Made by a program: the position numbers and the translations under genes. The notes under the pieces were generated by a model. It had not been told where the DNA came from, made no database searches, and saw only the letters and a list, made by a program, of their open reading frames with translations. A stretch of 64,000 nucleotides of DNA from Cycas panzhihuaensis (taxonomy: Eukaryota; Plantae; Cycadophyta): NCBI GenBank assembly GCA_023213395.1, contig CM041465.1:230461741-230525740 (forward strand), written 5' to 3'. Positions 42,818 to 54,600 of this stretch are shown one piece after another (the first letter of the stretch is position 1; every line of letters starts with the position of its first letter).

Positions 42818-44837
42818 AGGATAAATAAGTTTTGGAGCTTTATATCCTTTAATAACAATATCCCATAATTGCTTAACTTCCAGAAAAGGTTTTATTCTTC
42901 TTAACCATATAAAGTAATTTCTCGCATTGAATTTGGGAACCATAAGATATGAATGAGAAAAATTTATTTTCCTAATAAAAATCAATTACAATAGGTACAA
43001 AAATTCATCCATATATAAGTGTAAATAAGCATATTAGTTTATCATACTCAATATATTATCTTATATAAGTTCTGATTCTCAATTTTCTCCCATGGTTCCA
43101 AAATAATGCATCAACCTTGAACTAAAATTTCTGTGAAAATAACATTAGAGCATATCAAATCATATACCAAAATTACCATCTTTAAGTAAGGATTATAACT
43201 ACTAACATGGTACAGAAAATTAACTCCTAAGACTTAAGATATTAAAGAAAATACATATGTACCTTTTTGAAAAAAAGAAATTGAGTGAGTTAGGGTTTTA
43301 TCCCCTTTGGTAGTTTGGTTGTGGGTTGTATGGTTGCTATTAGTGACTAGGGGATGACTTGTTAGGGGGCTAGTGAACTCCAAATAACACTATAATCTAA
43401 TTAAATTTTGGAAAACTATTAAAAAAATATTACTTTATTAAAAAATTTCACCTCTTATGTGATTAAATTTTAGTCAAATAGTGAAAAATTGATTTGTATA
43501 ATAAATAATACAGATTGATTGCAAATCAAATCAATCTAAAATAATTACACATTGAATAAAACTATTGAATCTACTCTAGATATCCATAGAGGCAAATTGA
43601 AACCTATAAAAATATCATAAATGATAGACTTAAATAATCATACAAAATGGAAATGAGATTTCAAATGAATGATGATGGTAATATATATAAAGTTTAGGTC
43701 TTATGTCCATGGAAGAGGCATGAGTATTAAAGTAACAATAGATTTTACAATGCTTCAAATAATAGGTGTAACTATTATATACAAAAATAGGTGCCTTTAT
43801 AGTGATAAATAGATAGGCATGACACACACAATAGCGATGAAATAGGTGAGATCACACAAATACAATGATCTCCATAACTAAAAAAATTCAATGGCGCTTC
43901 AACACATAAACCATAAAACACACAAAGTACCTAGGTATATACCACATACTACCAAAAGGTGTAGGTATAAACACAAATCCATGGGTAACACGAGCCTAAG
44001 ATTTCATCCTAACACATCCATAAATGATGAGTAGGATCTATAGAGCCACCTCCTCTCATAACATCAAATTGAAGAACTAGCAAAATAGAGAACCTTTAAT
44101 ATAGCATAGTAATATAGTTATCTCATAAGTAATATTGGAGTTTTAGCAATAGGTGTGTAGGCACACGTAATAAATAATGCTAGTACAATGTATGAATAAT
44201 AATTATATACTAACTAATATTAGGTAACACATAGGTATAGGTATGGACAAAGGGTACCAACATAAATCCATAATAGCCATGAATAAAATAATGAGTAGAG
44301 GAACACTATAAATAATAGATAGGACAAACCATTGGTAGGGTATTACCTTAATACCATGACCCATAAATGGTAAATATGTTCCTTCTCATGGCCACAACTA
44401 CGAACCTATGGATAGTGTCTTCACAACTAATATTAGAAAACAAAATCACCTCATACAACACTAACACAATGATAATATTCAAAAACACATCAATGATAAC
44501 AAACCCTCACTAGAAAAATAACACACTTGCATAGTATTTCTCTAATACCAAGTAGAAAAATAAAATTAATAAAAGATAATAATATATAAATGGAAAAAAA
44601 ATAACAAACACTAAGATCATAATGTTATCTTAAGATACCTTAACTCAGATTGAGACCATAAAATTTTGATGTTACATCAATATGTTAATATGATACATTA
44701 AGTATGCAATTAAAATATGTAATTTGGATATGCATAGGACCTACTATAAAATACAAATATAATAATAAAATTAATTGCATATATGTGTATTATAATTTTA
44801 CCTCATGAAGCATGCATAAAACTATTCTAATATGAAT

Positions 44838-44966
44838 TAGCCATGTTAATTGGTAATACCAAATTGGGCCTTATAACATTAAACTATAAGGAATGGCTCT
44901 TTGTTCTACATGGTTCATGAGAGCAGTGGAAGGATAAGAGGCTTGGGAAATTTTAGTTAGTCATAA
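44838..44966 (+). pseudogene. Short LINE ORF2 segment between elements H and I
   Basis: GMALCSTWFMRAVEG*EAWEILV continues the L1 frame across the H TSD. Confidence 0.6.
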
Positions 44967-47900
44967 CATTGTGTTTCCCCAATTTGGGCCCCCTACCCTC
45001 AATATAAGAGCATCAAGTATAATTCTTTCACTCTATAGTTAAGTATATCACAGATATATATTTATTATTTATCATTTACCTAATATCACATTTGATTATT
45101 TATAATTCCTTGACATTTGCTTTACATTGCATTTGATCAAACATCTATTTGATTTTCTTGTTAATATTGTATCTTTCATAATGATGACATCTCCAACAAC
45201 ATCTCCCATATGTTTTATAGTTACAATAAAGTTGAGTTAACACATAAAATAGGCATTTATTCTTTCACTGTGATGACACTCTCTTTTATCACTTTTCACT
45301 TACATTTATCTTTTTTTTATATTTTTGACATTATTTAAAATTAATGATATTATTGATTCCATCTATATATATATCTTTGACTTAATGAGAATCAAATACT
45401 TATGGGTTGAAAATGAATACTATGTGAAGATGTTATCCCCTTTTTACAATTCAACCTTCTCCCATGGCCCTATTTCTCACTTTAGTTTTTGATTTCTATA
45501 TTTTCTACATTGTTATATTAATTCTAACATACCATATGTCACTTACATAACTTGTGCAATATACCATCAAAGTCTTATATAAATTATGTGGTATACCATC
45601 GATGTCCTATATAACTCGTGTTATACCACCAAAGTCCTATATAAGATAGGTAATATACCATATATAGTATATTACTAATGTACTATGTAATTTAAGTCAT
45701 TAACTAGTGAAGTTGTATATAAGTCGTGGTATATCATACATGGTACCATTAAAGTTCTATATAAATCAAGTGGTATCATACCATTCATCTCTTCATAACT
45801 TAAGTAGTAGGATATACTTCATGTTGCCTCTCTATTATTTATCTCCTATGATATTGTAATTACTTTCACACTTTGTTTCCATAATAAGTTGTGCGTTTTC
45901 TACTAATAATTTATGGTATGCTTCAATAATAAGTAGATTTATTATATTTTTCTTCACTTATTATCTCATTTTAGATTTCTAATTATCTTACATTACTTTT
46001 CTTATAATTTAATTATCTCTCACACATAATTGATTTCTATTATTTTTCTCTCACATAATCTTATATTATTTTCAAAATTGAGTTAAATATTTTTTTTTAC
46101 CATATTAAGGACTGCTTTATATTACTTAGTTAATATTTGATTTTCACTCATAATTGATTTATTATATGATTAATTATCTCTCTCACTTGTTTGATTTTCT
46201 TCTCTTGTTGATCATAGCTTTGGAAGAATTCTCATTATAATATATCTTATATAACTTACACATGTTCTCATCTTTGATTCTTTCATAGATATGTTGGGGT
46301 TAATGATCATCACCCTGCTCCCACCTTTCAACCAGGAGTGCAAACCTCGCTCTTATTAATTTACACATATGGGTGCTCATATGTAAAGGTAAGTATAAGG
46401 TAAGGTTAAGTTGATTCGATTTAATTTAAGTTAAGTTCATTTGAGTTAAGTTATATTTTATTGTTGTTTAAATTTTAGGGATTGAGGAGTTTCTCTCCTC
46501 TACTAAATTATATATTTGGAGGGGTGTGCAACCTTGGTGTCTTTAGACACTGCTTGTGTTTGGACATTTGTAATACTCTCTCTCAAACAATAGATTGAAT
46601 ACAAAGGATTTTCTATTTATGCAATAATGTATTGATTATGTGTTTATGTTCTGCCCTGTTCTCCATCTTTTATTTTCCTACATCTAGTATCAAAGCTTGG
46701 TTTTGCTCTTATATCTGGTATTAGAGCTTGGTTCCTAAGATGTTGCACCTCCATTTGAAGTTTTTTGAGAAGAAAAAAAAATTATTGGCATTTGAAGCAG
46801 ATCTACTCACAACAAGTAAATATTAATTATATTTATCTTCTACAAAGTTTTTTTAGCACTTTCTTGTATTTTTTATTAGAGATTTGACTATTCTTAATTT
46901 ATACTTGTGAAATAACAAATATTTTTCAGATATTTTTTTCAGATATGTATAGGAGCATAGCTACAATAAGTAAGTATTTAATTTTTATCACTCTACAGAG
47001 GTTTTATCAACAAGTTTTATATATTTCTGTCAAATATTTGACCATTTTCTGTCATATTTTATTTATTTATTTAATAATTTCTTCAAATCTATGCAGAACC
47101 ACAACTGTAATCAACATTTATTCAAGTTTTCTTTAGACCTATGCTATATATTCTTTAATTCTGCATATTTTATCAAATATTTGACTATTTTCTAGTTTAT
47201 TTTATTTATATATTCAATATTTACTTCAAATCTGTAATATTTTCTTGAGATCTATGCAATATTTACTCCAGATCTATATATTTTATTAAATATTTGACCA
47301 TTTTTTATATATTTGGTCCATTTACTCAATATCTTCTTTCATATCTATGTAAGATTTGGTGCATATTCAACCTAACAAGCTTTCTAGAGAAGTTATACTA
47401 TAGTAGATCCGTCTACTAGAAGAATCTAAAGTCTATTTTCTATAAATCTGCCACAGTTGCATTACTAGGTTCTTCCTATTTTTTTCAAGTATAAACATAT
47501 ATTTTCTCATTTCTTTGATATATCTTGTCATCTACATTTAAAAGTTTTTTACATACAAATCTATAGACTTCTTTTTGATATATTTTCATCAATATATTTA
47601 GATCTGCTCTCTTAGAACTTAAAACTTTGTAGATCCATGTGTTGGTAGCATTGGGAGCTTGAATTTCTGGATTAATATTCACCATTCTAGGCCTTTGGAT
47701 ATTCGACCTTTTTCCTGATTTAGTCATTTTACATGCATATTTTTTATTTATTTTTAAACAAAAATAGTCCGTAAACAACCCCAATAGAAACTGTAGAAAA
47801 TGTGACTCTGTTACCCTATTTTGGGGCTTGCATGATACACTGCCTTCAAGCCTTTGTAGCAGCTAGCATGCATGGTATACACATCATCTAATTCAAGACT

Positions 47901-48331
47901 CCTTATATACTTTATCTCATATACTTTTCAATGTACATTGTCATATTCATATCTATGTGAGTTTTATCTAACAAGGGGTTGTACTATTCTTAGTCAGAGA
48001 TTTGATCTAACTTCTATTACTGGTCTAATAAGCACTCTTCCATTTGCATGAACATTTGTATTTAAGATAATATCTTGTCTTCCTGTGATTGCATACAAAC
48101 ATTACTCCACATTATCCATAGGTAAGAAATCTTTATGTGGCTACTCTACTTCTGAAATTCTTCCACTACTTGCTTGCTTTTCACCCGTGCCATGAGAAGA
48201 AAGTGACTTTGACTCTTGTCCACTTCTACCATCAGTGTGGGTCTCTCCATATCTATTTTGTAGTAGTGATTCTTCTCTTGAAGTATGTCTTTGCATTGAA
48301 GCTTTAACAACATCAACAGGTTTTCTTCTCC

Positions 48332-48655
48332 TCCTATTCAAGTTGTGCATTCAGTTCATAAAGCACCTCACCATGAGTACATTACAACCAAGCATTCTTC
48401 CACTCTTTTGCAATAGCTTCAGCATCAATACAACTTTGGCATTTATTTAGACTTGCACATAAATTATCTAAGCTTGAAGAATCAACTATTCTTAACCAAT
48501 TTAACATAGTTGTTGTAGCTCAGAATCTTGTTCTCGTATCTTTGTCAAATATGTCTTCAGTAAGCTAGTCTCTTGAACATCTTCTATTTTATCATAGTTG
48601 ACTTTATTGCTTGTTGAAATCTCTTCTTGCTTCAATCGTAGCACGCCTCTTTCAA
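48332..48655 (-). pseudogene. Captured kinesin-4 (FRA1/KIN4 family) stalk fragment
   Basis: Minus strand: SLLKTYLTKIREQDSELQQL then IDAEAIAKEWKNAWL*CTHGEVLYELNAQLE*EE, resembling kinesin-4 YVSKIQELEGEL and IDEEAKEWEHKLLQNSMDKELYELNRRLEEKE. Confidence 0.7.
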
Positions 48656-48790
48656 TCTGGTATCAGAGCTTGGTTTTGCTCCTACATTTGGTATCAGAGC
48701 CATTTGGGCCTACATCTACTCCATCTGGTATCAGAGCTTGGTTTAGCTCCTTCATTTAGTATCAGATCCATTTGGGCCTGCATCTACTCC
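48655..48790 (+). repeat. Internal array of four tRNA-iMet PBS copies (68-bp unit x2, two PBS per unit)
   Basis: tggtatcagagc at 48658, 48689 and 48726; tagtatcagatc at 48757. The copy at 48689 is preceded by cctaca, the LTR 3' end of G. Confidence 0.95.
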
Positions 48791-48837
48791 TTCAAAAAGG
48801 TTGTACTATTTTCGTAAATTCTTAGTCAGAACTTTTT

Positions 48838-48963
48838 TACATCTCGTAGTTCATCCTCATTCAACATCTTGTGTAGTTCATCCATTGCCTCAACTATATG
48901 GTCCCTGTCATTGCTATCTACAACAAGGACAAAACCATGCGTATTCTGAAAGTGGTGCCTCCA
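48838..48963 (-). pseudogene. ARF1: Captured ADP-ribosylation factor (ARF1/ARFA) fragment
   Basis: Minus strand [42 protein letters not shown] versus ARF1 [42 protein letters not shown]. Confidence 0.95.
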
Positions 48964-49189
48964 TACAAGACACCATCAGATAACCATTAGTCTTGTATCC
49001 TCAAGCAGGCAGATAAATAACTGTAATTTGATTGGAATTAGTAAACGGATCATGAATATCCTGACATCTGAAGCAAGGCGGTCATTTCTTGAGCAGGTGG
49101 GGGTGAAATTATATAAGGCACATCCACAGTAATATATCGGTACTCACATGAACAAACCATACCTGTAGACGACACCTTGAAAACGTTGT
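48964..49189 (-). pseudogene. Captured rhamnogalacturonan-I rhamnosyltransferase / O-fucosyltransferase (GT106, RRT-like) N-terminal fragment
   Basis: Minus strand RCRLQVWFVHVSTDILLWMCLI*FHPHLLKK*PPCF...[17 protein letters not shown] versus RRT-family RLQVWF.RV.S.ILLWTC..QL...W.P..LK.WPSCF...[20 protein letters not shown]. Confidence 0.85.
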
Positions 49190-49288
49190 AGCTATTATTG
49201 CATGGGAAACGGAAAGTTGATTAGAAATGAGCATTGCCATGCAAATACAAATGGTCAAAGTTGTCCCTCCATCCAATCCAAGTAGACC
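49190..49288 (-). pseudogene. Captured N-acetylglucosamine kinase (BadF/BcrA ATPase family) N-terminal fragment
   Basis: Minus strand [25 protein letters not shown] versus plant GlcNAc kinase [18 protein letters not shown]. Confidence 0.75.
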
Positions 49289-49443
49289 TTTAGAACCAAA
49301 ACATCCATAGCTGCTACAATCTTTCCATCATTATTTTTTCGCATATAAAAAACTTTTATATCTTTGGGATAATCTCTTATAATAACTAGGGAACCAGAAA
49401 AAACTTCTTCTATTATATAGCATTCATGCTCACCTTGCAAATC
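49288..49443 (-). pseudogene. Captured asparaginyl-tRNA synthetase fragment (organellar type)
   Basis: Minus strand [52 protein letters not shown] versus Asn[54 protein letters not shown]. Confidence 0.95.
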
Positions 49444-49587
49444 TTTTATACAAACCTAGCATCCAGAAAAAATAGATCATCATATTTTTTAGCATAGTCG
49501 AGTATTGGAAAAAAGGGCCTTGATGATAGAAATCTGCGAGCTTCCTTGCCATCTTTAGTAAAGCCATTCATAGTCTCACTATCCATT

Positions 49588-49647
49588 AGCTTCATCTTCA
49601 ACTAGATTCATTGAGCAGGTTGAATAGATCAATCTTCCTCCAACTTT
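49588..49647 (-). pseudogene. TRM4: Captured tRNA/RNA m5C methyltransferase (TRM4/NSUN2 family) motif VI fragment
   Basis: Minus strand KVGGRLIYSTCSMNLVEDEA versus TRM4 KVGGRMIYSTCSMNPVEDEA. Confidence 0.85.
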
Positions 49648-49689
49648 AGCCATTCTCCCCCTTCTATGATTATTTGGTATGTGTTAAAA

Positions 49690-49878
49690 GACTATGATGC
49701 ACTAAGGGCATTAGACTCAGATAATCCTCCTGGTGTTCATTCCATGAGCGATGCAGAGATAAACACACTCCTAGTTTATAAATACAAGGTCCAATCTAAT
49801 CATTCTACTGTTAATAGTCAACACAGTGAAGGTACATCTTTGCAACGACATCATTCATCTTGCTCAGATTCAAAGGAG
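49690..49878 (+). pseudogene. SDIR1: Captured SDIR1 RING E3 ligase fragment (exon-sized, sense orientation)
   Basis: DYDALRALDSDNPPGVHSMSDAEINTLLVYKYKV versus SDIR1 DYETLRALDSDNVSTTSMSEEEINALPVHKYKV. Confidence 0.9.
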
Positions 49879-51365
49879 GCAGCAATTATTGCCATCGCCT
49901 GGTATCTCCATCGTCGGTCTGCCTGATAGTGATGACCTCTCGACGACCACGTGCAAGTCACGTGACAGGTACACAGATAGCGTCACAGTGCAGCAGCGCC
50001 GTGCCATTGTTTTATTTTTTTAAATATTTTTATTTTTTAATATATATATTTATAAAGTTTAAAAATATTAAATTAAATTTTATAAAAGTTTTTAAAAATT
50101 TTAATTATATTATATATAATTTATATTCTGTTGTTTAAAAAACCTTAACCCCTACTCAAGACTTGGCCCTTAGTCATAGCCCTCCATGTGACCTTAGCAT
50201 ATAGCTAAAAGCGCTAATTCAATTTTTATAAAATATTTTCTTTTTATTTATTTTTATTTTTTATTTCACAAAGGGTACTTGGAAAAATTTTGCCATAAAT
50301 TTTGACTAAGTCATCGATTTCTAACGAAATCTATCCCATTGCTTCTGAAATTTTTTGAGGTATGATTTTGACTGGTCATTTTCCCTATTTGGAGCTGATT
50401 TGACCTGATTTCAATCAATTTAAAGTCAATCAGTGTTTTTTAAAGTTATTTTAAACTATTTTCATAAAATCCCTTTTTTATTAGATTATATTTTATCACT
50501 GGGAGATTATTTTCTACCCAGATCTATTCTTTATCCATATATTTTCAACAAACTTCATCATCATTTACTCATTTTATTTTTCAAGATTTATTTTAATCAT
50601 TATTTTAATCAGTGAAAGTGACACTTTAGTATTTTTTTTAACATATTCATATAAAAGTACTTGTTATTTCTGTTATAACTCTTCTGTTTTACATCAGAAT
50701 TCAGATCCATCAGTTTTGTTGGGAATCTGACTCACTCCTCTTTGAACTAACACTATTATTTATAAGTTTTAAAGCATCTTTACTAATTTTCAAAGCCATC
50801 AAAGTTGAGGTACATAATAACCTCTAATTTTCCATTATTGTATATTTATATATATTATTTCTCAAATTTTTTTAACTAAAAATATATTAAGCAGCTCTCT
50901 AAACCATATTTTACTATTTCACATTGTTCTACAATTTCTTTATTACCATTTTATAATATTTTTGAGCCTCAGACTCCCATTAAGCCTCAAAAAAAGGATT
51001 ATATCTTTGGTTCATTAAAATATTGACTTGTAGGAACCTGTTTTCAAAACAGTCAGTTCCATTAAATAGTTTTTTCATTGATCCTCAAACTGGTATAATT
51101 TCAATTTATTTTGATATTATTTAATATAGCTTTAAAGCTGTTAAACTTAAGCATTTAGTATATCCGAACAGGCTTTCACTTACTTCTTGCACTTATAACA
51201 GTTGCATTTACTCGATATACTTTCCAAAGGCATCTTTCATTTTTTTTAAAGGGCATTATATTTCTTTCAAAGAGTATATTTGACATTATATAATTTTATT
51301 TATTTATTGAGTTCTTTGACTTGGTAAAAGTATATTCCTTTTTATGTACTAAAGTTTTTTGTAAA

Positions 51366-51640
51366 ATAGAAATCAATCTTAATAAAGTATAATTTCCTAT
51401 ATTTGATGGCCATAATTTTTCACAATGGCATAAGATAATGCAAAATTATTTTATTACAAATAATCTTTGGAAATACTTACAAGATGAATATGATGTTAAT
51501 ATTAAAAAATATATTTAAAAAGACAATGAAGCCTTAGCTTTACTATTTTACACTATATATGATAATGTGTTTTCTAGAGTTTGTGAATTGACAACCTCCA
51601 AAATTGTATGGGACACCCTACATTCCACTTATAGGGGAGA
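51366..51640 (+). pseudogene. Copia gag N-terminal remnant of element G
   Basis: FPIFDGHNFSQWHKIMQNYFITNNLWKYL...VFSRVCELTTSKIVWDTLHSTYRG. Confidence 0.85.
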
Positions 51641-54600
51641 TACTCTCAATGAATTTAACATTGATATTGTTGAGCATGTGAGACTGTGCCAAAATAAGTG
51701 GGTTGTGATAAAAAGACCAAGAAAGATTCAAGTCAAATGCATGATCATCTTATTGCATAAGAACCTGATCCTCCATTTGAGGGGGGAGAAATATGATGAT
51801 ATAACAGTTACTTACAACACAAAGTTTTTAGAAGACAAAGTTAAAGTTTTAGAAGTTAGAGTCAAAGTTGCAGCCACACATCTACATTTGAATAAAGCTA
51901 TATTTACTTGTAGACTTTTTACACCATTCAATGGCGAAGACACACATGTTGCTAAAAGGATGAGAAGAGTTGATAATAATCAAGCCAAAAGATAAATATT
52001 CAAAGTTTTTTTCAATTACAAATTTTACAAGTTTAAAGAGAAGACAATGTTGTTCGTGATGACTATTAAGGGGAAGAATGTTGGGGTTAATGATCATCAC
52101 CCCACTTCCACCTTTTAACCAGGAATGTACACCTCACTCTCACCAATTTACACATGTGGGTGCTCACATGTGAAGGTAAGTATAAGGTAAGGTTAAGTTG
52201 ATTTGATTTAATTTAAGTTAAGTTCATTTGAGTTAAGTTATATTTTATTGTTGTTTAAATTTTAGGGGTTGACGAGTTTCCCTCCTTCCCTAAATTATAT
52301 ATTTAGAGGGGTATGCAACCCTAGTATCTTTAGACACCGCATACTTTTGGACATTTGTAATACTCTCTCTCAAACAATGGAGAGAATATAAATGATTTTT
52401 TGTTTATGCAATAATGTATTGATTATGTATTTATGTTTTGCCCTGTTCTCCATCTTTTATTTTCCTACAAGATAGGTTTCATTTGAGATTTAGATTTCTT
52501 TAACATATAAAGGGTGCCTTGGTAATTTTTCCTAGTGTTATTTTTCAAGAAGAAGAAGATTAGATAAGCAGGAAGTATGCATATACTCATCATCAAATAA
52601 AGGAGTTTCTCAAGTGAATAAATCATATAAGAGATTTCATTCTTTATTTGATTTTGTAATAGACATTCAAATGACCCCTCTTTCCCTTATTATTCCTCCC
52701 TTTTCATGCTTTCAAGGAACACATAGAGAAGATCTATAAAATCATGTTCATGCCTTTTTTTTGGCATACTCTTAATGGAAACATAATAATAATCTTCTTA
52801 CCTTCTCTTCATATGTATATTTTTTTAATGATGCTCTTAAATAGTTTTATTAATTATCCTGTCATTAGATTTTGACATTTTAATAGCTTGTTAATTATAT
52901 TTTCACCTATTTCAAGATAAAGAAACCTTTTGATTTAGATATCAAATCTCTTATACCTACTAAATAAGGTTCTAAGAAGTCTTATTAAGAAATTTCTAAG
53001 AGACTTTAAGATTTTGTCTTTGCCTCCAAGTGTGAATATCCTAATAATATTCTCATTAAACTATTCTTAAATTCTTTTCGGCCATAACTTCAGCTTAAAG
53101 TATTGAGGATGAATCCTACCTCTTATTAAGATTCTATAATAAGGCTCTTATATTTAAGACATTTGAGATTCAAGCTAGTCTTAAACCCATACCTAAGTCA
53201 TTCATATGAAAATCTAATAAAGTTGAATCTTCTTAACTAATCACATGAAATAAGTTATTAGACCTATTTACTTTGACATTTCATGTGCTAGAACGTAAGT
53301 TAAGTGTCTTTCAAACCAATGTTAGAAACACATAAGAGGTGGAAACTCCTAATACCAATGCTCTCATTGAAAGATATATCTCTCTACCAAAAGGTTATAT
53401 TAGGAGGTGGTGCTCTTTTCATATAATAAATTCTCATTCTAATGATAAATATTTGACTCTTTATAAGATAAAGTTGCAAGATCATTATCACACTCAAATT
53501 CAATCCAAATCTAACTTAGATCAACCCACTCATAATATTGCTTCTACATCCTCTTAATCTTTTAAAGAAGAGAATACTTTTCCTAGTAATGAGCAAACTT
53601 TTTTATCCAAAGAAGAGATTTTACTCAATGATAAATGGAATAAAATAGTTAATTTTTCTCATTCTTTTTCTAAAGAAATAAATCCTTTATCTTGCAAATA
53701 AATGATTATTTATAAAAAAGAACTTCCTCATACTACTACAAGAAAGAAGATAATTGTTCTAAATTTTCACACTTAACCCACTCTATAATGAGGATAAACT
53801 ATGATCTACTATGCAATGAGGATAAACTATGGCCTACTCTATAATAAGGATAAAGTATAACTCTAAAAATCTAACTACTAAAGAGCTTAAACTATGGTAA
53901 GTCTCACACTCTTAGAAGAGTATAAATTAATCATACACATACTCTATAATAAGTATAAAATTTGGCACACATTGTATTCTTCACTCTCACTTTTATATAA
54001 TTGTGTGATCTCTCATAATCCTTATAGGATAAGATTACTTAGACCATTTAGCCATATCCTAGTGTGCACTTTACAAATTTATACATGTTAGTACCCTTGA
54101 CCTAAATTAGAGATTAATATCTAAGTAGCACTCTAAAATTTCTCATGGTTTACTCTAACAAGAGAACACTTTAATTATGTATGACTTTACATTTTGTTAA
54201 ATGCTCATACAGTTGAGTAGACATCCTTTAATTGCTTGATTTTTCATCACTCCTACTTGAAGGTAACTCTTATATATTGAGTCCCTTATGCTAGACTAGA
54301 TAAGATGTTTATCATCCTATCTATGGATTTAATGGTGGATTGATTTTCTTTGAGTCTTACTTATTCATTTACTAAATCATAGATCTAGATCATTAAAAAT
54401 GATATCATAAAAAAATTGATTAAAAAATAAAAATAAAAGAAGTTCTCTCACATATGCTCTCAATACATTAACATGTTCATCTATTAATTTTACCTAGTCA
54501 TTCAATAAATTGCCAACCCCTATTTAATCATATAATCAACTTCTCTATGGGTTCAATAATTATTAGTCTTACAATCTCATTCATTAAACTATAGACTTTA

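Larger units (their letters stand above)
33665..44832 (-). mobile_element. Element H: ~3.5-kb non-autonomous Copia-derived, gag-only LTR element; LTRs 33665-33948 (3') and 44551-44832 (5'); interrupted by F2
   Basis: TSD tgaat (33660-33664, 44833-44837). Reverse-complement PBS tctctaatacca 44539-44550. Reverse-complement PPT ttcccca ~33951. Gag-like TLSYIFSTLERNIYTQVYNATTSNEAWNMLKSIY (34712-35122). No pol motifs. Confidence 0.85.
46292..52469 (+). mobile_element. Element G: non-autonomous Copia-type LTR element with 391-bp LTRs (46292-46682, 52079-52469) carrying host-gene fragment cassettes
   Basis: Perfect TSD agata (46287-46291, 52470-52474). PBS copies at 46685 and 46716. PPT aaggggaagaa 52068-52078. 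Only a gag N-terminus and an RNH tail; no IN or RT. Confidence 0.95.

Noticed and set aside
48655-48790. CRISPR array
   Set aside because: The repeats are tRNA-iMet PBS copies, the spacers are themselves duplicated, there are no cas genes and the context is eukaryotic.
48332-49878. A functional chimeric protein from the cargo
   Set aside because: Multiple stops and frameshifts and mixed frames; only the GlcNAc kinase-RRT joint is in frame.
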